NCBI GenBank assembly: GCA_963422615.1
Contig: OY730414.1
Location: 124,001 to 188,000, forward strand
Length of the DNA: 64,000 nucleotides
Reading direction: 5' to 3'
From: Longimicrobiales bacterium
Lineage (GTDB): Bacteria > Gemmatimonadota > Gemmatimonadetes > Longimicrobiales > Gaopeijiaceae
The stretch's first letter is position 1. Every line of letters begins with the position of its first letter. Under the pieces are notes generated by a model. The model saw only the letters and a list, made by a program, of their open reading frames with translations. It ran no database searches and was not told where the DNA came from. A program made the position numbers and the translations under genes. Shown here one piece after another: positions 19,073 through 28,664 of this stretch.

Positions 19073-20926
19073 ATGTCAATGTTGAGTATACCGCCCAAGT
19101 ATCTCAACCGCAAGGTTATGGACTGGCTGAAGATGGCCGATGCCGGAGAACTGGTCCTCCCCAGTTTTCAGCGTAGCTATGTTTGGGATCCTCCAAGGGT
19201 CGCCAACTACCTGGTGGCCCTGCTGGAGCGCAAGCCGACCGGAACATTCCTCATTCTCGAAGCAGACGATCCCATCCAGTTCAGTTCACGTCGCCTACTC
19301 GGTTGCCGAAACGATGGCTCGGTCGGGAAACCGAGAGAGCTCGTGCTGGATGGCCAGCAACGCTTGACCGCGCTTTGGGGAGCACTGAGGGGCAACAAAG
19401 AGAAGCGGTACTTCATTCGGGTGGAGAATCTTCTGCATTGCAAGATGATTGTAGAAGAGGTGGTCTGGCGAAGTCCAAAGTGGAAGGCCAAGAACCCGGA
19501 ATTGATCTGGAAGGAAAACTTGGTCCCGGCGGACATTTTGTGGCACGACAGGGATTCGTCGACTGGATCCGGTACCCTGGATCGCATCGCGGAATGGTGT
19601 AAGACCGCTCCGAAAACGAAGGGAGGTCCGAATTTTCTGTACCAAGCGATTGCTAGGCTTCGGGAGCGATTGCTCATAGAGCCGTTTCTGCAGTACTGCA
19701 TGCTTGCAAAGGAAACGGAACCCGATGTGGCAATCGATATATTCATCAAGGTAAATGAATCTGCGGTCAAGCTGAAAAAGATTGACATCATCGTGGCGCT
19801 TGCTCAGTCCGACCACGAGGTCGACTTGAGAAGTAGAGCTCGCGACTTCCTTCACCGAAGTAGCGAATTGCGGCATTATTTCAACCCGGTCATGCGAAAA
19901 GCAATTCCGGAAATCGCAGAATGGGTTCTCAAGGTCGGCTGTCTGAAGGTTGATAGCGAAGACCATCCGGATGGTCTTGCTCCGAAAGAATCGAACTACG
20001 TCTTGGCGATCAACTACCTGACGGAGAGGGATCTGAACGAACTTGAAGGCGACCTTGACGCGACGCTGAACTTTGTCGCTCGTAACGGCGGCGGCGCTAC
20101 AAAGAGAACCCTCGCAGCATGGCCGCCGGTGCACGTGATCGCAGCTCTGCAGAATGACTTGCGAGCCGTCGCAAATGTCTCCGCGGGCGCGGTGAACCAT
20201 CTCATTCTGTCGTATCTGTGGCGTTCATTTCTGACCAGCCGCTACCAGGCCATCGCGAACGACCGACTGCTGCATGACTTTAGGGGCCTTCGCGAATACC
20301 TCAGAAGGGTGGAAACAGGGTCTGGCAAGCCCAACCTTGCCGCTACTGTGCCGATATTTGACGAGAGTGCGTACCCTCTTCCAAGCGCAGAATCGCTTCG
20401 GAGACCGACCGGAGTTCCCTGGATTGGAGGCATTTCAAGATTAGGGCGAGCCATTGCCGCTGTCGTCATGCAGAAAAATCCGCTTGACTGGGTAACGGGT
20501 CAAGAACTTGATTTCGAGCGGGTGCGCGATCTCGAGTCCAAGAAGAAGCTCAAGCGACATTATGTCTTTGATGAAACTTGCTTTCCTACAGATGTTTTGG
20601 AAAAAATTTCTATCAAACACGGCCTCAACGGCGTCCTCCTTGCAAGGCCCAGCGTCCCGACTGGAAACGATAAAGACCCAGTGAACTTCCTGGAATGGAT
20701 TCGGCAAAACAAACCGAAAGTGACCGAATTGGAAATTCTTCGCCGAACCGGTTCCCATCTGATACCGTACAAGTCCCTTGAGAAGAATGGAAATCTTGTG
20801 TGGCACTATAGCAACTTCCTCAAGGCGCGCGCCGTAAAAGTGGAGGAAGAAATTAGGAAGCTCACGACCCTTCGATCAAGGGATCCGGATTCATTACGTT
20901 GGGCCAAGCGCCGCTCCCCATCTTGA
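19073..20926 (+). CDS. DUF262-domain GmrSD-like protein
   Basis: LVLPSFQRSYVW, LVLDGQQRLTAL, IFIKVN...KL motifs of DUF262. Confidence 0.88.
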   Translation: MSMLSIPPKYLNRKVMDWLKMADAGELVLPSFQRSYVWDPPRVANYLVALLERKPTGTFLILEADDPIQFSSRRLLGCRNDGSVGKPRELVLDGQQRLTALWGALRGNKEKRYFIRVENLLHCKMIVEEVVWRSPKWKAKNPELIWKENLVPADILWHDRDSSTGSGTLDRIAEWCKTAPKTKGGPNFLYQAIARLRERLLIEPFLQYCMLAKETEPDVAIDIFIKVNESAVKLKKIDIIVALAQSDHEVDLRSRARDFLHRSSELRHYFNPVMRKAIPEIAEWVLKVGCLKVDSEDHPDGLAPKESNYVLAINYLTERDLNELEGDLDATLNFVARNGGGATKRTLAAWPPVHVIAALQNDLRAVANVSAGAVNHLILSYLWRSFLTSRYQAIANDRLLHDFRGLREYLRRVETGSGKPNLAATVPIFDESAYPLPSAESLRRPTGVPWIGGISRLGRAIAAVVMQKNPLDWVTGQELDFERVRDLESKKKLKRHYVFDETCFPTDVLEKISIKHGLNGVLLARPSVPTGNDKDPVNFLEWIRQNKPKVTELEILRRTGSHLIPYKSLEKNGNLVWHYSNFLKARAVKVEEEIRKLTTLRSRDPDSLRWAKRRSPS

Positions 20927-21149
20927 AATAAGCGTCGCTTTCTCGCTTTTCTCCTCATCCTTTCCTCTCACCCTCCCAGGGGAACCATAAGGCGGAAGAA
21001 AGTGGCATCGGGTCGGAAGACCAAGGGGAACCGGCCACGGGGAGCTGGGGAGCCCGTGGGTCCGGACCGAAAACACGAGACCGACAACCGGCGTTGACTG
21101 CTTTGGCTGCAAGTCGTCGGGGCGAATCGGCTGTTTCGGTGGTCGGGAC

Positions 21150-21178
21150 TTGAATCCTCCTGCCGGACGGCCTATCTT
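21150..21178 (+). promoter_or_regulatory. Sigma70 promoter of tRNA-Ile
   Basis: TTGAAT-N17-TATCTT, 12 nt upstream of the tRNA. Confidence 0.7.
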
Positions 21179-21190
21179 TTCCCCATTCGG

Positions 21191-21264
<74 letters not shown>

Positions 21265-21373
21265 TTCGCTCGTGAGTGGGGACGATCCCGGTACGATGGA
21301 CGGCGGGAGACGTTGAAGTGAAACCCAGCACAACTGTGCCATTGTGCCATCTAGGCGGAGGGAGGTTGAGGTC

Positions 21374-21775
21374 ATGATCTATTTTCCCGGATTCAGGTTC
21401 GCGGCAATTGGAGTCCTAGGTGTCGTTTCGACCGGATGCGTACATGTATCAAAATCCGTTTTGATGGACCGTTCCGCTTTCCCTGTGCCCGTGGAGCAGG
21501 TGAACGTATTTTTGCCCGGCGATGAAGTACCGGACACGTGTGAGCGGGTCGCGATTTTGCATGCTTCGGGATCTCAGGACTTCTCCAACGAGAGCGACAT
21601 GCTGAACAGACTGCGGGAAGAGACAGGCGATCTGGGTGGCAACGCGGTCCAGATTCGTTCCATGGAGGATGCAGATACCGGTGAGCGTGTCGTGAGTGCA
21701 CTATTTGGCACGGGTTCGGACCGCGACTCCGAGGCAATCGCACTGCACTGTCCGGACCAGGGCGAGCCGGAATGA
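21374..21775 (+). CDS. Hypothetical lipoprotein
   Basis: RBS GAGG, signal peptide with STGC lipobox, LGGNAV motif. Confidence 0.75.
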   Translation: MIYFPGFRFAAIGVLGVVSTGCVHVSKSVLMDRSAFPVPVEQVNVFLPGDEVPDTCERVAILHASGSQDFSNESDMLNRLREETGDLGGNAVQIRSMEDADTGERVVSALFGTGSDRDSEAIALHCPDQGEPE

Positions 21776-21796
21776 CGCTTTCCACGACCGACGACT

Positions 21797-22260
21797 TCAA
21801 CCTGCGACGAGCGAATACACCGCCAGCCCCTGAATGTCCAGGTCATCGGTGGTCCGGACGAGCACCCAGTTTGTTCCGGCGTCCAGGAGGATCATGGAGG
21901 ACGGGAGGGTAAGGGTTCGGACCCCCACGTCCCGGCGGCGTCGAAGATCAGCCATTCGCGGGGTTCCCCGGGCCGTCCGTAGAGCTGGACCCACAAGCCA
22001 CCGCCGTCGGGCACCAAGATGAGGGAGGTCGTCGGAAAACGTGACTGTGCAGGTGCTGGCCCCGTCCACCGAATCCGGTGTGTCGTGGTGCCGGCCCAGT
22101 CAAAGAACTCGACCTCATCTTCGTCGCCCGTTCCCGTCCACACCCCGTCGTCCGTAGCGGCAAACTCGACATAGCGCCCCCAGGCGCGGGGTCCGTTCGC
22201 AACCGGTACCCCGTCCGCAGGAAGCCAGGCTACAAGAAGAAAACAGGCGAACCGCTACGA
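21797..22260 (-). pseudogene. 3' remnant of a 6-bladed beta-propeller-type gene
   Basis: VWTGTGDEDEVEFFD..DGGGLWVQ..WLIFDAAG in one frame continues as LTLPSSM..TDDLDIQGLAVYSL in another; no 5' end. Confidence 0.65.
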
Positions 22261-22267
22261 CACGGCT

Positions 22268-24577
22268 TCAGCTTACGGCCCCAAATCGACCGGATGAACC
22301 GGTGGGGTTGGGACTTGGTGGGGTTGCACCTTCAGCAATCTGCCGGGGCAGAACCATCCTGAATTCCGTGAACTCCCCCTCGACACTGTCCACGTAGAAC
22401 TCTCCGCCGTGCTCCTGAACGATCTCGTGCGAGATCGACAGCCCCAGGCCCGTGCCTTGGGTACCGGCCTTGGTTGTGAAGAAGGGATCGAAGATTTTCT
22501 CCAGGATGTCCCCGGGGATGCCGGTTCCATTGTCTCGTATGGTCACACACACGGAGTCGTCCCGGTCCTCGGTGGCAATCCACACCCTGGGGGAATAGGC
22601 CCCGTCCCCACCACCCTCCCGCCTGCGCAAGTCGGTCGCTTGGCAGGCGTTGGTGATGACATTGAGGAAGACGCGGCTCAAGTCGCGCGCGATCCCTTCC
22701 ACGCGTCCTGCGTCGGGATCGAAACTCCGTTCAATGCCGACGTTGAACGTAGGGTCCGCCGCTCTGAGTCCGTGGTAGGCCAGTTTCGCATACTCATCCA
22801 ACAACAGGTTCACATCCACGGGCTCCCGCTGTCCCGACTCTTCTCGGGAGTGGGCGAGCATCCCCTCCACGATCCGGTTCGCCCGTTCGCCGTGTTCTCG
22901 AACCTTGAGCACGTTGGTACAGAGGTCACTCAGCACTTCGTCAATGTACTCTCGATCCAGCCCGGCTTCCGCCGCATCCCTTCCCCCACCCGCCACCGAC
23001 CCATTGGAACCGTTTCGACTTCCTTCTCCGTTGGTGATTTCCAACTCTTCCCGCAATTCTTCGATCAGCTCCTCCGAAAGGGCGGCGAAGTTGGTTACAA
23101 AATTGAGGGGGTTTCGAATTTCGTGGGCAATTCCCGCCGTCAGGGCGCCCAGAGACGCCAGTTTTTCCTGTTTCACGACCTGTTGCTGGGTGCGACGAAG
23201 GTCGTCGAGCGTGCTTTCCAGTTCGATATTCTTGGCTTGGACTTCGTTGGCCAGCTTCTCTACCAAGTTGAGCCGCTGCACGTCGACGGCATGCTGGCGG
23301 AAAACCTCAAGAGCACCGGCCATGTCGGTCACTTCGTCGTTACCGGCAATCTCCACCTGAACCTCGAGATCCCCCCTGGACATCCGGCGCATCGCGTCGG
23401 ACAAATGGCGCACCCGCACGAGCAAGCGCTCCCCGAAGAACTTCCAGCCCACAACAACGGCCGCGCCTACGGCAATCACGTTCACGCCCAGAATGAGCCA
23501 CCATCCCAGTCGCAGAAGCGTGCCAGCCCCCGACGCGGCGGTATTTGCAGCGTTTTCTGCATGGCCGACCAGATCTTCAACCACCGCCACCATCTCGGCG
23601 GTCGTCTGCTGGTTCCGATTCAGGAGTTCCTGGGACTGGCGAATCTCCTCCAGCTCAAGGGTTCGGGTCGTGAAAACGCCGCTCACGGTCCCGTCGTAGA
23701 GCTCCCTCAGACGTTCCACTCCTGGCCCAAGCCGGGCGGCAGCCGCAGGCCTGATGTCTTCCAGGGCCCGCTGGATTTCGCTGAAAGCGGTGTAGACGCG
23801 TTCCTGGTTCGCCCGGAGCAAGTCGGCATCATCTTGAGCCATCGCTTGAAACATGAGCGTTATGGCGATGTTCTGGGACGCATGGAAGCCCATGAGACCC
23901 CGGTGATGGTCCAGCTCGACCTGGGCAGTCCTTTGACTCACGGGGGCGGCAAAATCGTCCAGTTCTCGCAACCCGGTATCGATGAAGAACTCTTGGTCGT
24001 CCAGCTCCCCTGCAAGAATGAGCCCGATTTCCTGGCCCACCGCTTGGATTTCCGTTCCAAGCTCATCCAGGCGGGTGCGGTACTCCATCCTTCGGGCCAC
24101 CGACTGCATGATCTGGTCAATGCCGTCCACCAGGCTTTGGGCAAGAGGAACCACCGAAAGGCCGATGCTTTCCCCGGCGCGGGTAACGTCTCCGATCCGC
24201 AAGTTGAGAATCTCTTCCTCCCGCAACACGTCTTGGCGAACACCTTCCAAATCCCCCGGAGTATCCGCAGCAACCAGCCGCGGGGACGCTCGAACGAGTT
24301 CGGAGCTGCTGCGGGCTACTTCGAAGGCCGCAACCAGTGTCGGCATGTAGTGCTCGTTGATCTCGTTCTGCCGGGTGTTCAGGATCGTCATCAACCCCAG
24401 GGCCAGAAAGCTGGCCCCCAGGGTCAGGAAGACCCCGCCCCCCAGTCCCACCAAGATTTGGCTCGCAAGGCCGAAGCGACCACCCGTGGTCTCACGAACA
24501 CGTCGTCCCAGCCCAGCCGGGAGCCTTTCTAGGAACCACATAAAGGCGGAGTGGATGCGGTGATCCAGGGCCTTCAT
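22268..24577 (-). CDS. Membrane sensor histidine kinase (helical periplasmic sensor, HAMP, HisKA, HATPase)
   Basis: Two TMs, HAMP ([15 protein letters not shown]), [39 protein letters not shown]. Confidence 0.95.
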   Translation of the reverse strand: MKALDHRIHSAFMWFLERLPAGLGRRVRETTGGRFGLASQILVGLGGGVFLTLGASFLALGLMTILNTRQNEINEHYMPTLVAAFEVARSSSELVRASPRLVAADTPGDLEGVRQDVLREEEILNLRIGDVTRAGESIGLSVVPLAQSLVDGIDQIMQSVARRMEYRTRLDELGTEIQAVGQEIGLILAGELDDQEFFIDTGLRELDDFAAPVSQRTAQVELDHHRGLMGFHASQNIAITLMFQAMAQDDADLLRANQERVYTAFSEIQRALEDIRPAAAARLGPGVERLRELYDGTVSGVFTTRTLELEEIRQSQELLNRNQQTTAEMVAVVEDLVGHAENAANTAASGAGTLLRLGWWLILGVNVIAVGAAVVVGWKFFGERLLVRVRHLSDAMRRMSRGDLEVQVEIAGNDEVTDMAGALEVFRQHAVDVQRLNLVEKLANEVQAKNIELESTLDDLRRTQQQVVKQEKLASLGALTAGIAHEIRNPLNFVTNFAALSEELIEELREELEITNGEGSRNGSNGSVAGGGRDAAEAGLDREYIDEVLSDLCTNVLKVREHGERANRIVEGMLAHSREESGQREPVDVNLLLDEYAKLAYHGLRAADPTFNVGIERSFDPDAGRVEGIARDLSRVFLNVITNACQATDLRRREGGGDGAYSPRVWIATEDRDDSVCVTIRDNGTGIPGDILEKIFDPFFTTKAGTQGTGLGLSISHEIVQEHGGEFYVDSVEGEFTEFRMVLPRQIAEGATPPSPNPTGSSGRFGAVS

Positions 24578-25755
24578 CGCGAAAGCTGCTCGATCGGCCA
24601 GAACCGGCCATCCCGGATCACCGTCAGGAACACGCGGTCCGACCCCTGGTTGTCGGCTTCTCCGTATCTGACGACGAATCCGCCCAGGTTGACGGCCCCG
24701 GCGTTCTTCAACGCAGCCAAGAACAGGTTTCTCGTCGGGTTCTCTCCCGCCAGCTGCAGGGCCTCCACGGCCAATCGACCTGCCAGATAACCTTCGAGGG
24801 ACACGAACCCGGGCACCGCATCCGGCTCCACCGCCCGAAGGGCCGAGTGGAACCGAGCCACCACCGGCACAGAAGCGTCGGCGGGAAACGGTACGACCTG
24901 GGTGACGATAACCCCATTCCCGCCATCACCCAGCTCTTCCAAAAGTGCGTTGCTCCCGACAAAGGAGATGTTCACGAACACCGCATCCAACCCCAGACGG
25001 CGGGCCCACTTAATAAAGGTCGCGGCGGGCCGATAGGCACCGATGATGACGATGGCCTGGGGCCGACCCTCTTGAATATCCAGCAGCGCGCGCTTTACAG
25101 CGACCGTGTTCCGAACATACGTGCCCGTGCTCACGGGCCTCATATCGCGCCTCGCCAGCGCGCGACGAACGCCGCTCAGACCCGCGTTCCCATAGCTGTC
25201 GTCCTGGTAGAGGACCGCGATGCGCCGGTACGCCAGGTCGCCCGTCAGCCGGGCAATCATCTCCTCCGTTTCTTGATAGTACGATGCTCGAACGTTGACC
25301 ACGTACTCCCGGTCCTGACGCAGGAATTCCGCCCCTGTGAATGGCCCGATATAGGGGACCGACGCGCCGCTCGCGATCGGTTCGGCCGCACTGGAGGTGG
25401 GGGTTCCGACGGCCCCGATGAGGCCGAAGACCCCTGAATCAACGAGCTCACGGCTATTGGTGGCGGCGGCTTCGGGCTCGTACCCGTCATCCCGTACGAC
25501 AAGCCGCAGAAAACGGCCATGAACGCCCCCGGCCCGGTTGGCCTCCTCGAAGGCCGCACGGATGCCCAGGTTCATATTGATGCCGAGCTCCGAGGCCGGG
25601 CCGGTGAGCGCCGCCGACTGCCCGAAAACGATCGAATCCGGAAACACACCTTCGCTGCCGGACTGGGCTTCCGCCCCGGGGACAAAAGCCGCCAGAACCG
25701 CGAGAGCCTGAGAAACAGCCTTGAGGCGAGCTCCTAAAGGCGCCTCTGTACCCAC
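24574..25755 (-). CDS. Periplasmic binding protein, branched-chain amino acid/amide (type 1) family; start uncertain
   Basis: FGQSAALTGPA, NRAGGVHGR, DDGYEP, VGTPT, NVRASY, YQDDSYG; stop overlaps HK start. Confidence 0.9.
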   Translation of the reverse strand: MGTEAPLGARLKAVSQALAVLAAFVPGAEAQSGSEGVFPDSIVFGQSAALTGPASELGINMNLGIRAAFEEANRAGGVHGRFLRLVVRDDGYEPEAAATNSRELVDSGVFGLIGAVGTPTSSAAEPIASGASVPYIGPFTGAEFLRQDREYVVNVRASYYQETEEMIARLTGDLAYRRIAVLYQDDSYGNAGLSGVRRALARRDMRPVSTGTYVRNTVAVKRALLDIQEGRPQAIVIIGAYRPAATFIKWARRLGLDAVFVNISFVGSNALLEELGDGGNGVIVTQVVPFPADASVPVVARFHSALRAVEPDAVPGFVSLEGYLAGRLAVEALQLAGENPTRNLFLAALKNAGAVNLGGFVVRYGEADNQGSDRVFLTVIRDGRFWPIEQLSR

Positions 25756-25777
25756 AGATCGGCGGCCTGAAGGGATC

Positions 25778-26932
25778 TCATTTTCTGCCAAGGTACCGGA
25801 GCGCCAGGCAAGTGATATCATCGGACTGGGGGGCATCGCCGGAATGTTCCTGGACCGCTTTCACAACGTGACGGCTCACTCCGGCGGCGCTGGATCCGGC
25901 GGCCTCCGCCAGGACTTCCCGTAGCTCTGCATCGCCGAACTCGACGGCGTCTGCGTTCATCGACTCGGTCACTCCGTCGGTGTAGAGAAAAAAGACATCC
26001 CCCGGACTCATGCCAATGCTCCCGCCTGGAAATTCAAAACCGGGGCTCACTCCCAGGACCAGTCCCGGCTCACTCTCGATCCGCCTGACCTCCCCGGATG
26101 GCTTGACCAGGTAGGGCAGGTTGTGGCCTCCGTTCGCGTACTCGAGATGTCCCGTGGCTGGATCGAAAGCCGCGTAGAAGAGCGTTACAAACATCGATTC
26201 TTCGTTGGACTGGGTCAGCAGGTCGTTCACCTCCGCCAGGCAGTGGGTCGGGTTGGCGTCGCCGATTGCGGTACCCTTGACCAAAGTCCGACTGACCATC
26301 ATGAACAGGGCTGCGGGAACCCCCTTGCCGGATACATCTCCCACCACCATCCCCAAGCGCTCGTTTTCAAGTGGGAAGAAATCGTAGAAGTCACCGCCCA
26401 CATCCCGGGCCGGCGTCATCCAGGCGTGCAGGTCGTAGCGCGGGTCGTTCGGAAAATCCGTCGGCAAGATCGATTCCTGCATCCTGGCCGCAACCCCGAG
26501 TTCCCTGCGGAGGGCCACGAGCTCGTCTCGCGACTGCAACGCGTCGCGCATCACCTCCAGGTGAGATAGGGTCTTGGTGATCGTCGTCTCCAAGTCCTTG
26601 AAGTCGATGGGCTTGGTCACGAAGTCGAAGGCCCCGCGGTTCATCGCGGTGCGTATGTTCCGCATGTCCCCGTATGCCGTGACGATCACCGCCCGCAAGT
26701 CGAATTTGAGCTGGTTGAGCTGGTGGAGAAGCGTGAGGCCGTCCATTTCGGGCATGTTGATGTCGGACAGCACCATGTCGACATCGTCATGAGCTTCGAG
26801 CTGCTTCAGCGCTTCGACACCATTCTCGGCAAACACCAGACTGATCGCCCCGGAACGAATCTTGCGCCGAAACTTCTGTCGGAGCAGGAGCTCCAAGTCG
26901 GGCTCATCGTCGACGACAAGTATCTTCGCCAC
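25778..26932 (-). CDS. Receiver + PP2C (SpoIIE/RsbU-like) phosphatase
   Basis: ILVVDDE..SDINMPEMDG..FVTKP receiver; VGGDFYD, GDVSGKG, ANGGH, YTDGVTE, DDIT PP2C motifs. Confidence 0.95.
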   Translation of the reverse strand: MAKILVVDDEPDLELLLRQKFRRKIRSGAISLVFAENGVEALKQLEAHDDVDMVLSDINMPEMDGLTLLHQLNQLKFDLRAVIVTAYGDMRNIRTAMNRGAFDFVTKPIDFKDLETTITKTLSHLEVMRDALQSRDELVALRRELGVAARMQESILPTDFPNDPRYDLHAWMTPARDVGGDFYDFFPLENERLGMVVGDVSGKGVPAALFMMVSRTLVKGTAIGDANPTHCLAEVNDLLTQSNEESMFVTLFYAAFDPATGHLEYANGGHNLPYLVKPSGEVRRIESEPGLVLGVSPGFEFPGGSIGMSPGDVFFLYTDGVTESMNADAVEFGDAELREVLAEAAGSSAAGVSRHVVKAVQEHSGDAPQSDDITCLALRYLGRK

Positions 26933-27248
26933 CTGAATTCATCCATTGTGTATCCCGGCGTGCGGCCGGGGTGGTTATCGAAGACTCCCTGAACCCGACA
27001 TCCGCTCAACGCCGGACAAGGCCTCAGGCCGCGACAGCCTCCCTGCGACAGCTCTAGGGGTGTGAATGTAACGCCGACCGATGAGAACCTCAATCTCCCT
27101 TGGGGGATCAAGCGGTCCGAAACCCATGTAGCTATTTTCGCGCCGCTCTTGTAGACTATGGGCGGCCCGCTTTCCGGTCGCTGCCCCGTTTGGGACAACG
27201 AGGGATCGCTTGAAATCCTTCCAAACTTCACGACAGAATCGGAGAAAA

Positions 27249-28658
27249 ATGGAAAATTCAGACGCAGTCTTCAGAATGATCAGAGACCAAAATTTGGGTT
27301 TCGTGGACCTTCGCTTCACGGACCCGCGAGGGCGCTGGCATCACGTCACCATGACGGCGGATGTCTTCGACGAAGACGCATTCGAGGACGGCGTCATGTT
27401 CGACGGCTCTTCCATCAACGGGTGGAAGAGCATTGACCAGTCCGATATGGCGCTGTACCCGGATCCCACCACGGCCGCGATCGACCCCTTCATGACCGAC
27501 CGGACCCTCTACCTCATCTGCAATGTCCACGAGCCGACCACGGGTGAACGCTACTCCCGGTGTCCCCGCGCCACCTCCCGGGACGCCGAAGCTTACCTCG
27601 GTTTTTCGGGAATCGGTGACACGGCCTACTTCGGTCCGGAGCCCGAATTCTTTCTCTTCGACGACGTGCGCTTCGGGGTTGACGCCAACCACACCTTCTT
27701 CCATTTGGACGACATCGAAGGGCCCCACAACACGGGCCGTCGGTTCGACGGCGGAAACAAAGGCCACCGCCCCCGGAAGAAGGGGGGTTACTTTCCCCTG
27801 CCTCCCGTAGACTCCGCTCAGGACGTCCGGGCGGACATGCTCAAGGCGCTTCGCAACTCAGGCGTCGGCGTCGAAAAACACCACCACGAAGTGGCCGCGA
27901 GCCAACACGAGTTGGGAATCCGCTTTGCACCCATGACGATCATGGGCGACAAGCTTCAGGTCTACCGATACGTGGTCCTCAACGTTGCGGCCCGCCACGG
28001 GAAGTCGGCGACGTTCATGCCCAAGCCCGTGGTCGGCGACAACGGCTCGGGTATGCACACAAACCAATCCCTGTGGAAGAACGACAGGAGCTTGTTTTCG
28101 GGATCCGGATATGCCGACCTCTCGGACACGGCCCTGTACTACATCGGCGGCATCATGAAGCACGCTCGCGCGATCAACGCCTTCACCAACCCCAGTACGA
28201 ACAGCTACAAGCGTCTGGTCCCGGGCTTCGAGGCTCCCGTGCTCCTGGCCTACTCTGCCCGGAACCGGTCCGCGTCCTGCCGGATCCCCCACGTTACATC
28301 GGCCAAGGCAAGACGCGTGGAGATTCGCTTTCCCGACGCCACCGCCAATCCCTACCTAGCCTTCGCGGCCATGCTCATGGCCGGGTTGGACGGGATCGAG
28401 AACCGAATCGACCCCGGTCCCCCCATGGATAAGGACCTCTATGCCCTGCCCCCTGAGGAACTGAAGGACATTCCCACGGTCGCCCATTCTTTGCGGGATG
28501 CCCTGGCCGCCCTGGATGCGGATCACGATTTCTTGACTCGGGGCGATGTCTTCACGAAAGACCAGATCGACGCATACATCGAGCTCAAGATGGAAGACGT
28601 GGTACGCTTCGAGCAGGCACCCCATCCCGTCGAATTCGACATGTACTACTCGCCCTGA
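27249..28658 (+). CDS. glnA: Glutamine synthetase type I
   Basis: [48 protein letters not shown], adenylylation site DKDLY. Confidence 0.98.
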   Translation: MENSDAVFRMIRDQNLGFVDLRFTDPRGRWHHVTMTADVFDEDAFEDGVMFDGSSINGWKSIDQSDMALYPDPTTAAIDPFMTDRTLYLICNVHEPTTGERYSRCPRATSRDAEAYLGFSGIGDTAYFGPEPEFFLFDDVRFGVDANHTFFHLDDIEGPHNTGRRFDGGNKGHRPRKKGGYFPLPPVDSAQDVRADMLKALRNSGVGVEKHHHEVAASQHELGIRFAPMTIMGDKLQVYRYVVLNVAARHGKSATFMPKPVVGDNGSGMHTNQSLWKNDRSLFSGSGYADLSDTALYYIGGIMKHARAINAFTNPSTNSYKRLVPGFEAPVLLAYSARNRSASCRIPHVTSAKARRVEIRFPDATANPYLAFAAMLMAGLDGIENRIDPGPPMDKDLYALPPEELKDIPTVAHSLRDALAALDADHDFLTRGDVFTKDQIDAYIELKMEDVVRFEQAPHPVEFDMYYSP

Positions 28659-28664
28659 TCCTGA

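Noticed and set aside
13928..20926. Canonical Dnd/Ssp phosphorothioation cluster
   Set aside because: No DndB/D/E, SspB/C or cysteine desulfurase recognisable; the ATPase is GHKL rather than SMC-like
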